Notes under the pieces: generated by a model
Seen by the model: the letters and a program-made list of their open reading frames with translations, nothing else
Told to the model about the DNA's origin: nothing
Databases searched by the model: none
Shown: positions 39,903 to 49,418 of the stretch, piece by piece
How the letters are laid out: every line of letters begins with the position of its first letter
Position numbering within the stretch: position 1 is the first letter of the stretch
Source of the DNA: an uncultured Nitrososphaerota archaeon
Lineage (GTDB): Archaea > Thermoproteota > Nitrososphaeria > Conexivisphaerales > DTJL01
Length of the DNA stretch: 64,000 nt
Assembly (NCBI GenBank): GCA_963772005.1
Contig: CAVYVS010000021.1
Span: 52,121-116,120 of the forward strand
Direction: 5' to 3'
Made by a program: the position numbers and the translations under genes

Positions 39903-41047
39903 CTAAATCGCCACTTTTGTGGCCTGCGTTTCGTTTCTTAGCTGGGCGAGCCATTTCATAAAGGGCGTCCCGCCCGTCCCACTTTCGTCGGCGACCTTAC
40001 TCTGTATGTACGACACGGCATATTCGAGGTGGAGTTGTCGAAAGTCGCAGATTCCGTCAAGACAGAAGTTGTAAGCCTTGGCCAAAGTCTTGGATTGCCT
40101 GGCCACGATGTATTCTCTCAGGGGCTTGGTGGCCTCCTCTGCCACCACCGCTCCGATGAAGGCCCTGTGTCTACAGGCATGTAATTGCGCATGTCCCCGA
40201 CGTAATCAGTGAGGTCCGTCCTCATGTGCCAAACGCCCAGCGCTGCGTCGAGGGAGGGAATTATCGAGCTCTGAGCCCCAGTTTCTCCCCTGTAAGTCTG
40301 CGGTCCAGGCAATTCCCTTACTCCCACATACGTCACTCCGTCGAACATCTGGATGTAGGGTCTGAATGCAAATGCGTAAACATCGGGGCTGTTCCCTTCA
40401 GGCATTCTCTTAAGCGTCGAAACCATCTTGGTGAGAGATCCTCCTATGGCCTCGAGGGCTTCTTCCACTTCTTGCTCATTGTCGTCGGCCACACCTTGTT
40501 GCAAAGGCCCGATCGCTCGTACGGCCGCCGCCGCTTTCGATTCTATCTCTGTATGAACTAGGATGAACCACGGTTCGTCAGGGATCCTCACGAACTTCTG
40601 AACCGTGTCCAGGTTCCCAAGCTCAATCGGTCCATTTGGATCGATGCGACGCCAGTTGTTCAAGCAATACAAATCGTAAGAAAGTATCGGTCTGCTCCTC
40701 TCCATCATCCGAGAAAGGATGAAGAGGGGCAGGGCGACGGACCTAGGCAGTCTGGTCGCCGTCTCCTGCCCTATCTGGTGGACATACGCACTTGCAAGGA
40801 AGGCATACACTCTTGCTGCCGCAACCACTTCTTTCTCTCGAAGTCGATCGAAGGTCGTCAGGTCCGGTAAGGGGAGGGCCTCGACTACGGAGCGCACCTT
40901 CTGCGATTCCAGAAGTTCTGGTATTCTCTTTCCCGTCTCCTCCAATTCCTTCAAGAAGACATCCGGGTTGACGTCAAACCCTAGAGGCGGATCGGAGAGC
41001 GGCAAGAAGCCCCGAGAAGGATCTATGCCGAACCTGCCTAGCTCCAT
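39903..41047 (-). pseudogene. Indoleamine 2,3-dioxygenase (IDO)-family heme dioxygenase, one frame break
   Basis: ORF 40118..41149 has YAFLASAYV, LYCLNNWR, FRPYIQ, YRGETGAQSSIIPSLDAALGV and MRNYMPV. The next frame and ORF 39903..40148 continue HRAFIGAVVAEEATK...FRQLHLEYAVSYI...GTGGTPFMKWL (proximal His region). The join is near 40170. The likely start is M35 at 41047; ATG 41149 is also possible. Confidence 0.7.
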
Positions 41048-41513
41048 TGTCGCAACGAGCGCTGACACGAAACTGCCGCGTAATCCAACAAGATAAGCCT
41101 TGCATCGTTTCTGCACAAATACCGCTTCACGATGGTCCTGAATTGACACGGGCGGAGGCTCTCGAGTACAATAATTATGTTGTCAATTTTTCGTATACCA
41201 TACCCATTAAAACTCCCCATCTTAACGAACTGCAGGATGTCTGCACTAAGCTTTGACGAACTTGAGCGAATGAGATCAATGGCTCCCCAGGACGAAGAAA
41301 CGTTAGTCAGGAAGCTTAGCACGAGAGCAATCGAACCCCAACAAAAGTGACATCACGATTCTTTAACCCTGTCCGGGCCGACCATCGTCAGACAGCTTCG
41401 ACGCGGATAGTCCACATCTGCACTAATCGCCTTCCGCAATCCATCCAATGAAAAAGATGATATACCTGAGTCTCGACAAGTGAGCCGATTCTCCTGGGAA
41501 GGCGCTAGATGGA

Positions 41514-42743
41514 ATGGAAGTTGCGGACCTTCAAGCTGAGCCGACCGGATTGGCGGCCCCAGAAGGACCCTCGCCTTCTAACGGTCCGCAGAGATTCGAA
41601 GGGAACGGCCACCTTGCGGAGTCGTTTTCTCCTTCTCTCATCATCGCTTTATTGATTCCGGCATTCCTTTTCGGTTTCCTCTCGGCCCTCAGGGTTCATC
41701 CCTTCCCGACCGCGGACAGTCGTCTGTCTTGGATGCCGTCGGTCCTCCTGGTGGGAGCTTTGGTGGTGGCTTCGGCATCCTTTGGGTCTTCTAAGCTCGA
41801 GGGCTTCCGAACGGCCGCATTGAGTCCTGCTCTCTCCTGGGCCCGACGTAGGACGGGCGCCCTGCGCAAGGACTTCTACATCGTGATGCTGGCAGCCTAT
41901 CTGGCTCTATTGCTCTTTTCGTACTTCAGGTTCGGCATCTTGTTTCAGTTTTCCTTGGGGATGTATGCTTTGATTTCGCTCCCACTTGTCCTGTTGATCG
42001 GAAGGGGAAAACTAGTTTTCCTGAAGAGCTGGATCCCCTTCCTTGTCGTATTCCTTTCATATGAAGCCTTGCAGGGCCTGGTAAGCGTCGTCGTCGCCAA
42101 CAGCGGCATCATATCTCTTTATGCGATCGACACTCCCATCTGGGGTTTCAACCTCTCCGGAGCCGTCCAATCGGCTCTCTACTCCAGCACGCTGACATAC
42201 ATCATGACCATCTTCTACACCATGCACCTCCCACTCGTAATCTTTGCCTCAATATACTTCTGGTACACCGACAAGTCGATCTACAAGGGATATACCTACG
42301 CCATTATCATCACTTCTTACTGTGCTCTGGTGACCTTCCTGTTCTTCCCCACTGCCCCGCCTTGGTACGAGGGGGCTGCAAGAAACCTCCTGCAAGGAGT
42401 GAATAGCGTGGTTCCGGTTCGGGTCTATACGAACTTGATGAACGCCATCGAATCTGACAAGTTCGCGGCCTTTCCTAGCCTTCATGCGGCCTTCGCCATC
42501 ATATTCCTGTTTTACATGAGGAAGCGCGGAAGGCTCCAGACGCTGGTGGCCCTGCCCATCACCGCCGGCATTCTCCTTTCAACCATATATCTCGGCCAAC
42601 ATTACCTCATAGATTTGATTGGCGGCGCGGCGTATTCGTTGCCAGCATGCCTTTTGGTCAACTGGTCCATCAACCGCTCGCAGAAGAAAGCGGCCGAGGG
42701 CCTGGCAATCCCTCAGGTGCCAAAGCCCAAGACGGCTCTATAG
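41514..42743 (+). CDS. PAP2-superfamily polytopic membrane protein (AUR1/IPC-synthase-like PAP2_3 pattern)
   Basis: 409 aa, multi-TM, with PPWY...FPSLHAAFA...QHYLIDLIGG. Confidence 0.6.
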   Translation: MEVADLQAEPTGLAAPEGPSPSNGPQRFEGNGHLAESFSPSLIIALLIPAFLFGFLSALRVHPFPTADSRLSWMPSVLLVGALVVASASFGSSKLEGFRTAALSPALSWARRRTGALRKDFYIVMLAAYLALLLFSYFRFGILFQFSLGMYALISLPLVLLIGRGKLVFLKSWIPFLVVFLSYEALQGLVSVVVANSGIISLYAIDTPIWGFNLSGAVQSALYSSTLTYIMTIFYTMHLPLVIFASIYFWYTDKSIYKGYTYAIIITSYCALVTFLFFPTAPPWYEGAARNLLQGVNSVVPVRVYTNLMNAIESDKFAAFPSLHAAFAIIFLFYMRKRGRLQTLVALPITAGILLSTIYLGQHYLIDLIGGAAYSLPACLLVNWSINRSQKKAAEGLAIPQVPKPKTAL

Positions 42744-43799
42744 GTAGCCTTTGTGCGACATCAGTTCCGCCGTAAGTATCGCGTTGCCTGCAGCCCCCCT
42801 GATGGTGTTGTGAGAGAGCAGAGTCATCCTAAGCGAATGATCGTCCAATCCTGACCTTACTCTGCCAACCACCACGCTCATGCCTGGGACGCTTCCCGCA
42901 AGCCGATCAAGTCTGGGCTGAGGCCTGTCCTTCTGTTTGGTAACGATTATCGGGAATTCCGGAGCGGTGTGCAGGTCGAACCTCTGGGGCTCCCCCACGA
43001 ACTTGCTCAGTTGCGACTCTGCCTCCGCGGGGCTCACGGCTCTGCCGAACTCGCAGAAGAGCGTCTCGAGGTGGCCGTCCAAGGTCGAGACCCTGTTGCA
43101 TGAAATGGCCATCGGGAGGGAGAACGGCCTCACCGAGTCCTCCTCTAAAGTCCCCAATATCTTCCCGGATTCACGCTCCACTTTCTCTTCTTCATCCTTG
43201 ATATACGGTATCACGTTCTCAAGGATAAGGAGAGAAGATACGCCAGGATAGCCGGCTCCAGAAACGGCCTGCATTGTCGTAACAACCACCTTCTTGATTG
43301 GGAAGCCGTCCGCCAAAGCCTTGAGCACCAAAGCGAGTCCGGTGACCGTGCAGTTCGGCGTCGTCACAAGTCCTTTCTTCCACCCCCTGTTCCTTCTCTG
43401 GTAGTCAAGGAGTCGCAGATGATCTCCATTGACTTCAGGCACCACAAGCGGCACGTCCGGTTCCATTCTGTGAGCGCTGACTTCGCTTACGACCGACTTT
43501 CCCATCTTGGCAAAGAGCGGTTCCAACTGAAGGGCAGCTTCGGATGGCAACGCCGAGAATATCAGGTCGCAATCGGTCACCGACGCAGATGTGGCATCCT
43601 TTACCAACTCGTTGGAAACGGCCTCTGGGATGGGCGTAGGGAGCAACCACTTCACGGTCTCTCCATATTTCTTGCCAACCGAAGACCTTCCGATAAGTAC
43701 CCTCAATTCGAAGTCTGGGTGCGACGCCAGCATGTCGACATATCGCTGGCCCACCACACCGGTCGCACCCAACAGTCCGACCCTCACTTTGTCTTTCAT
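42738..43799 (-). CDS. asd: Aspartate-semialdehyde dehydrogenase
   Basis: 353 aa with GATGVVGQ and the active-site TPNCTVTGL. There is a 4-nt ATGA overlap with dapL. Confidence 0.9.
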   Translation of the reverse strand: MKDKVRVGLLGATGVVGQRYVDMLASHPDFELRVLIGRSSVGKKYGETVKWLLPTPIPEAVSNELVKDATSASVTDCDLIFSALPSEAALQLEPLFAKMGKSVVSEVSAHRMEPDVPLVVPEVNGDHLRLLDYQRRNRGWKKGLVTTPNCTVTGLALVLKALADGFPIKKVVVTTMQAVSGAGYPGVSSLLILENVIPYIKDEEEKVERESGKILGTLEEDSVRPFSLPMAISCNRVSTLDGHLETLFCEFGRAVSPAEAESQLSKFVGEPQRFDLHTAPEFPIIVTKQKDRPQPRLDRLAGSVPGMSVVVGRVRSGLDDHSLRMTLLSHNTIRGAAGNAILTAELMSHKGYL

Positions 43800-44962
43800 G
43801 TCGACAGGCCTCGCATTATGTCTAGGGCTTCTTTAATCGCTTCGGTCGGCCTGGCCACAGACCACCTGACATAACCCTCGCCGCCACTTCCGAATGCCGT
43901 GCCCGGCGTAATGACTATCCCCTTCTGCAGGAGCTTTTCGGCGAACTCCGCGGCGGTTCCGTTGACCCTCTGCCACAGGTAGAACGTGGCTGAGGGCGCC
44001 TGTGCTTCGAACCCCTGAGCCTCGAGGCCCCGAGCCAGCAGCTCAAGCCTTCTGCGGTAGATTTCGATGGAAGCCTCCACCTCTTTGGGCCTTTTAGAGG
44101 AGGTGTAGCTGTCCAGGGCCGCCTTTGCCGCGCGCTGAATGAACTTCGGCGGGCCGGAGTCGACCTGGCTCTTTATTGCTTTCAGGCCAGCGATGGCGTC
44201 CCTGCTGCCGACCGCGAATCCGATCCTGCATCCAGTCATGGCAAACGTCTTCGAACATGAATGGACTTCGACAGAGACCTCCTTGTCAACGTCGACCTGC
44301 AGGATGCTGGGGGCGAAGTATGATCCGTAGGTCATCTCAGAATATGCGTTGTCATAACATATGATTGTCCCCGATTCCTTTGCGGCATCCACTAGGGCTT
44401 CGATGTCTTTGAGGTCGGCCACAGCCCCCGTAGGGTTGTGTGGATAGTTGGCATAAAGGAGCTTCACACCCTTCAGGTCTCCCGATTGCAGGTTCATCTT
44501 GTACCCATCGCTCGGTGACAGCCTTCGCAGTATTGGCCTCGCCCCAAGAAGCAAAGCCCCTCCTATTCCGTATACGGGGTAGGCAGGGTCAGGCACCAGG
44601 ACCTGGTCCCCCTCTTCGACGAAGGCCCTAGCGACGTTGGTCAGACCCTCCTTCGAGCCCGTAAGTGCGCATACTTCAGTGTCTGGATTCAGCTCAACTC
44701 CGAACCTCTTGGAGTACCAGTTCGCCACGGCCTCCTTGAACCACCCTTCACCATCGCTACTGGAGTACCCTTGGTCGTCCGGGTTTCTCACGGCCGACGC
44801 CAAGGCATCCACGATGAACGAAGGCGTGGGGAGGTCTGGATCCCCGACGTTGAAGGCAAGGACCCTCTGGTTCTCTGTTCTTCGCGCCCTTATGATCTGG
44901 TCCAGCTTCGCAAAGGGATATTCAGGTAGGGAAGTGACCCTGCTCGACGGTGTCCAGGTCAA
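43796..44962 (-). CDS. dapL: LL-diaminopimelate aminotransferase-like class I aminotransferase
   Basis: 388 aa with LPEYPFAKLD, VGDPDLPTP, YPHNPTG and SCSKTFAMTGCRIGF. It is embedded between lysA and asd. Confidence 0.7.
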   Translation of the reverse strand: MTWTPSSRVTSLPEYPFAKLDQIIRARRTENQRVLAFNVGDPDLPTPSFIVDALASAVRNPDDQGYSSSDGEGWFKEAVANWYSKRFGVELNPDTEVCALTGSKEGLTNVARAFVEEGDQVLVPDPAYPVYGIGGALLLGARPILRRLSPSDGYKMNLQSGDLKGVKLLYANYPHNPTGAVADLKDIEALVDAAKESGTIICYDNAYSEMTYGSYFAPSILQVDVDKEVSVEVHSCSKTFAMTGCRIGFAVGSRDAIAGLKAIKSQVDSGPPKFIQRAAKAALDSYTSSKRPKEVEASIEIYRRRLELLARGLEAQGFEAQAPSATFYLWQRVNGTAAEFAEKLLQKGIVITPGTAFGSGGEGYVRWSVARPTEAIKEALDIMRGLST

Positions 44963-46257
44963 CCGAGTAGCCTCGCTGGAATCGACTGACCTGTCAGCAG
45001 ATCGCTGGCGGTTTCCCTTCGCCTTATCAAGTCCATTCGGTCACCGCTTACGAGCACTTCGGCCGCCCTGGGCCGGTTGTTATACTGGCTGGACATGGAG
45101 AATCCGTAGGCGCCCGTATTGAATATCGCAATCAAGTCCCCCTCCTTGAGCTTGGGGAAGGCCCTGTCCTTCGCCAAGATATCGGTGTTCTCGCATATCT
45201 GGCCGCAGACGTTCACCTCTTCATGATCGCGCTGGCCGATTTTGTTGGCGACCAGCATGGGATGGTAAGCCTTGTAGAGTGCCGGTCTGAGGAGCGTGTT
45301 CATTCCAGCGTCGATTCCCACGAACTTCTTCACCCCACTCTTGATGTGACAAACCTTCGCCAGTATAACCGTGGAGTCAGCGACAAGGTATCTACCTGGC
45401 TCCGCGGCTAGGTGCGGGTCTCCCATCTCGTACTCCTCGACCTTCGCCCTGAACACTTCTCCGACCGACTTGGCGACCTTACCGATGGGGAGCTCCTTTT
45501 CGTCCGGCGAGTACGGGATTCCAAAGCCTCCTCCCACGTTGACGAAATCGAATTCGACTCCTACCTTTGAAGCTATCCTCCCGGCGATGTCCATGAGCCG
45601 CTCCGTGATGGCGGGGAAGTAATTCGAATCTAGCACGTTGGATCCAGTCATCATGTGAATTCCGAACTTCTTCACCCCCAACCGCTTTGCCTCCGCGTAC
45701 CCCTTGGCGGCCACCTCTTCCGACGACCCGAACTTGGCGTCGGGCCCTGCAAACACGAGCCCTTCCTTGCCGCCCTTGCCCAAACCAGGATTTATCCTAA
45801 AGCAAAGCGTGTCTGGAAGGGCCATCGGTGAGAGTTTGCGTAGAAGGGCAGAATCGTCTAGATTGATGGGCACGCCCGAGTTGACAGCATAGTCTAGCTC
45901 CTCCTTCGTGTTGTAGTTCCCTGTGTACAACATCTGACTCGACTTGAAGCCTGCGACCGAAGCAGCATAGATCTCTGCCGGTGACGAACAATCAGCGGAG
46001 GCTCCCTCGCGCCTGAGCAACGCCAAAAGGGCCAGGTTCGTGTTAGCCTTTACCGCGTAGTAGAGCCTGAACTTTGAGAGCCCTCCGAACGCCGAACGGA
46101 ACCTGCGGAAGTTCTCTCGAATGCGCGCTTCGCTGGTCACGAAAGTGGGCGTCCCGAACCTCTGGGCGATATCTAGGGAGGACGCACCCTCCACGCACAG
46201 GACTCCGTTCCTGCTGCCGAAGCTTCCCCTAAGCCTTGTCAGTATCCAGTTGTCCAA
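44959..46257 (-). CDS. lysA: Diaminopimelate decarboxylase
   Basis: 432 aa with YAVKANTN, GGGFGIPY and EPGRYLVA. Confidence 0.9.
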   Translation of the reverse strand: MDNWILTRLRGSFGSRNGVLCVEGASSLDIAQRFGTPTFVTSEARIRENFRRFRSAFGGLSKFRLYYAVKANTNLALLALLRREGASADCSSPAEIYAASVAGFKSSQMLYTGNYNTKEELDYAVNSGVPINLDDSALLRKLSPMALPDTLCFRINPGLGKGGKEGLVFAGPDAKFGSSEEVAAKGYAEAKRLGVKKFGIHMMTGSNVLDSNYFPAITERLMDIAGRIASKVGVEFDFVNVGGGFGIPYSPDEKELPIGKVAKSVGEVFRAKVEEYEMGDPHLAAEPGRYLVADSTVILAKVCHIKSGVKKFVGIDAGMNTLLRPALYKAYHPMLVANKIGQRDHEEVNVCGQICENTDILAKDRAFPKLKEGDLIAIFNTGAYGFSMSSQYNNRPRAAEVLVSGDRMDLIRRRETASDLLTGQSIPARLLG

Positions 46258-47425
46258 CTAACAGGTTCTCCTCCAACAGACCATAAGCCTCGTCAAGGCG
46301 CTTCTCATCAACGAAGAAGGTCATGGCTCCCTTGCTTGACGTCACTTCTATTATGTTGATTCCATGCATGGAGAGTATGGTTGCCGCCGTCGCCACCACT
46401 CCTGGCTGGTCCACGAGATGGGGATGCACAACCTCTATGTAACCTATTCCGGCCCTTCCCGAGACCGCCTTGACTCCGTTGACCCCATGAACGCGCCTGC
46501 AAGCTTCCTGCCATTCATCTCCCTGCATGAAGAACGTTATCGTCGTCCTCCCCGTTCCTATCCCTTTGACCTTGGCAACCATCCGGTCCAATACCTGTCC
46601 AAGCACGGCAACTCCCAAGTCGGACACCACGGTAAGCTCACTCAAGCCCGAACCTTTCGCGAAATAGGGGTCGGTGGGAAGAATCGAGCCCGTGATTTCG
46701 GTGCCGTCATCACCCAGCGGTCGGCCAAATGGCACAACCCTCAACCTCTGATTGACGACCTTGTAGAACAGGGCCTCCGGTCGGACCACCTTGGCTCCTC
46801 CGTGGGCTAGGGCGTACATTTCATCTATGGTTATCTTGCTGACGGGCCTGGCGTCGGGCACGACGTTGGGATCTGCGCTCATTACGCCTGACGTGTCCTT
46901 CACCAGTATCACTTCGTCGGCCTCCAGGCAGTTCCCCAGCACGGTGGCCGTGATATCAGAGCCGCCGCGTCCTAGGACGGTGATCCTGGTTTCACATCGT
47001 CCGAGGAATCCCGGAACGACAGCCACCGAATCCTTCAGTATCGGCATGACCCCCGTGCGACATTTCTCCTTGGTCGCCCCCAGGTCGACTGCGGCGTTCA
47101 GGAAGTCCCCGTTGGTGACCACAGGAAAGCCATCGTCAGTCGGATCGAATTCCTTCACTTTAATCCCTCTGGCCCTCAGAGCGGAGGTCAAAACCTTCGC
47201 AGATGTCCTTTCGCCCATCGAGAGTATCTCGGCATAGGCGTTTCCTTCGATGTTATCTTCGAAGGAAGAGACCAGGTTGAGGAGTTGGTCCGTCGTCCTC
47301 CCTGGTGCCGATACAACAACGACCTTTTCTTCGTACGGAGCCTCCGCTATCATCTGAGCGGCCCGCCTCACACGCTCTCCATCGGCGAGGGTAGCCCCTC
47401 CGAACTTGATGACTGCCCTAGTCAT
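46229..47425 (-). CDS. Aspartate kinase (as sequenced, read through from dapB as one 669-aa ORF 46229..48238)
   Basis: It starts MTRAVIKFGGATL at 47425 and has GRGGSDITA and C-terminal ACT repeats. Confidence 0.9.
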   Translation of the reverse strand: MTRAVIKFGGATLADGERVRRAAQMIAEAPYEEKVVVVSAPGRTTDQLLNLVSSFEDNIEGNAYAEILSMGERTSAKVLTSALRARGIKVKEFDPTDDGFPVVTNGDFLNAAVDLGATKEKCRTGVMPILKDSVAVVPGFLGRCETRITVLGRGGSDITATVLGNCLEADEVILVKDTSGVMSADPNVVPDARPVSKITIDEMYALAHGGAKVVRPEALFYKVVNQRLRVVPFGRPLGDDGTEITGSILPTDPYFAKGSGLSELTVVSDLGVAVLGQVLDRMVAKVKGIGTGRTTITFFMQGDEWQEACRRVHGVNGVKAVSGRAGIGYIEVVHPHLVDQPGVVATAATILSMHGINIIEVTSSKGAMTFFVDEKRLDEAYGLLEENLLVGQLDTDKA

Positions 47426-48238
47426 CCTAATCCAAGCACCCGATCCATGCCCGTAGATTCCCGGACGCCGATTCAACACCCACTTGGCCGCGAGCAGCGC
47501 TCCGGTTGCGAACGCGGACCTTGAGAAGACGGTGTGCTCTAGCCTTATTGTTTCGAAGGCCCCCGCAGCCAACACGTCGTGCTGACCAGGGATTCCTCCC
47601 CCTCTGACGGAGAGGACCTCTAATTCCTCTGGTTTCCTCTGCGAAAGGCCGTCCCTGCCGTGGACGGTCTTCGTGTACCTCCTCTGGACCCTCACGATTT
47701 CGGCCAATTTGGAAGCAGTTCCGCTGGGGGCGTCGGCCTTGCGAATGTGATGGGCCTCCACGATCGAGAAGTCGTAGCTGGAGGGCAGATGACTGAGAAG
47801 TTCCGTGAGCGAGAACAGGAAGTTCGCTCCTACAGAAAAGTTGGGCGATATTACGACTGGTATGGGTTTTACAACGGTTTCAAGCAAGGCCCTCTGGTCG
47901 GATGAGAATCCAGTCGTCCCGACCACAGCGGGCTTTCGAAGGCTCGCCACGATGGGCAGGTTCGAGAGCTCCGCTTCAGCGGTCGAAAATGAAACAAAGA
48001 CATCACATCGTCCCAAGACCTCCGCCAGCTTAGAGGGAGGGCTCACCACGACGTCGCTTTCGACCACGCCTGCCCGCCCAAGGGTCATCCCGAGCATCGA
48101 GCTCTGCGTGGATTCAATCGCTCCGCCTATCACAAAGGGGGGCGAGGCCTCTCTGGCCACCGTTGAACCCATCCTTCCCAGCGCGCCAGCAATGCAGATC
48201 CGTATCGGGTCATCCGGGCCTGACTCAGTAGCTTTCAT
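47422..48238 (-). CDS. dapB: 4-hydroxy-tetrahydrodipicolinate reductase DapB; a 1-nt indel near 47449 removes its own stop and fuses it to aspartate kinase
   Basis: It has ISPNFSVGAN and EAHHIRKADAPSGTA. After PGIYG the alternative frame reads MDRVLGLG*, with TGA at 47422-47424 forming an ATGA overlap with the ask start. Length 817 nt = 3n+1. Confidence 0.85.
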
Positions 48239-49331
48239 AGAAGAGCCCTTCCCGACTTGCAGGGGAGCCGAGACGGTCGGCGACGCTCACCCCGAAGGCC
48301 TTTTCCAACGGCTCCAAAACCTCGGGATTATGACTCCAGACCAACCTCAGCCCAACCATCACCTTTTCCAGGCCTGCCTTCGTCAGCTTCCCTAGCGGAC
48401 CTCTGCAAGGGCCGGATGGAATTCCCAGCAACGCCGCCATGGCCTTTACGGGCACCGGGTTCCTGGCCTTCACCATGAGGTTATGGCCGAGTGCCTGTTC
48501 CTCGGTCTTCACAGTAACCAGCTCGAACAGGGGCCTTAAGGCTCCGGCAATCGAGCTGGCCGTGGCCATATCGCCCCGCAGAGTCGCGGAGACCATGTCC
48601 GAGACTGCACGCGGGGCTATGTTAGACATGACCGAAATGGTTCCATTGGCCCCAACGTTAGGGTCGATCATCAGCCCAAAGGTCCGCTCGTCGTCTCCAG
48701 ACAAAATTGAGAAAGATGGATTGCAGAGCGATCTGATCATGGCGGCGTTCTCCGTGCTTCCGGTCGCCTCTTTTACGGCGACGACGTTGGGGTGGGAATT
48801 CGCCAAGATTGAAACATCTTCGGGCGCGAGTTGAGTTCCAGTGCGGCCGGGTATGATGTATGGAACGAGCCACATCTCTTCGACGGCCTTGGCTATGGGC
48901 TCGTAATATTCGCGGCGCATCTCCATGCTGCTGGGGCAATTGTAGTAGGGGTCCACTAGGAGGGCCGACTTTGCGCCCAGTCCCCAAGCCTCGGTCGTGG
49001 TCGTAAGGGCCTTTTGGGTACTGTTTGCGCCAGTGTTGGCCATGACCAGCGCCCTGGCCCTCACAACGTCCAGCGTCAACGATAGGGCCTTGACGAATTC
49101 CTGGTGCTCGAGGGTGGGGCCCTCCCCGGTAGTCCCAGCCACGACCACACCTTCCACACCATTCCTCAACTGAAAGTCCAACAACTCACGCAGCCCATCC
49201 ATGTCCAGATCCCCTTCCACTTCGAACGGGCTAATGATTGCCGTGATGCAGCCTTCCAATTTGCTCTGCAACACGGCAGGCACTCTGAATGGCAGTAATA
49301 AGGATTGCCCTAGGGGATACGATTTCAGCAA
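48225..49331 (-). CDS. dapA: 4-hydroxy-tetrahydrodipicolinate synthase DapA
   Basis: 368 aa with AGTTGEG and VAVKEATGS (Schiff-base Lys). TTG start at 49331. A GTG/TTG at about 49271-49283 would give a more typical N-terminus. Confidence 0.85.
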   Translation of the reverse strand: MLKSYPLGQSLLLPFRVPAVLQSKLEGCITAIISPFEVEGDLDMDGLRELLDFQLRNGVEGVVVAGTTGEGPTLEHQEFVKALSLTLDVVRARALVMANTGANSTQKALTTTTEAWGLGAKSALLVDPYYNCPSSMEMRREYYEPIAKAVEEMWLVPYIIPGRTGTQLAPEDVSILANSHPNVVAVKEATGSTENAAMIRSLCNPSFSILSGDDERTFGLMIDPNVGANGTISVMSNIAPRAVSDMVSATLRGDMATASSIAGALRPLFELVTVKTEEQALGHNLMVKARNPVPVKAMAALLGIPSGPCRGPLGKLTKAGLEKVMVGLRLVWSHNPEVLEPLEKAFGVSVADRLGSPASREGLFYESY

Positions 49332-49418
49332 TATTGTGACGAATTAATCTTCCACTAGCGATAAATGTTACGCATATCGGAGCATGATGTTCGCATGCTC
49401 ATAGTGAGTCGACGTTAT

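Noticed and set aside
41237-41350. 37-codon plus-strand ORF in the 360-465 nt spacer between the IDO-like gene and the PAP2 gene
   Set aside because: I can see no conserved motif and it is very short. The spacer is AT-rich and is more simply read as divergent promoter DNA.
46229-48238. Genuine evolved bifunctional DapB-aspartokinase
   Set aside because: The canonical DapB C-terminus and stop are still present, perfectly preserved in the adjacent frame with an ATGA overlap. A one-base indel is the more economical explanation.
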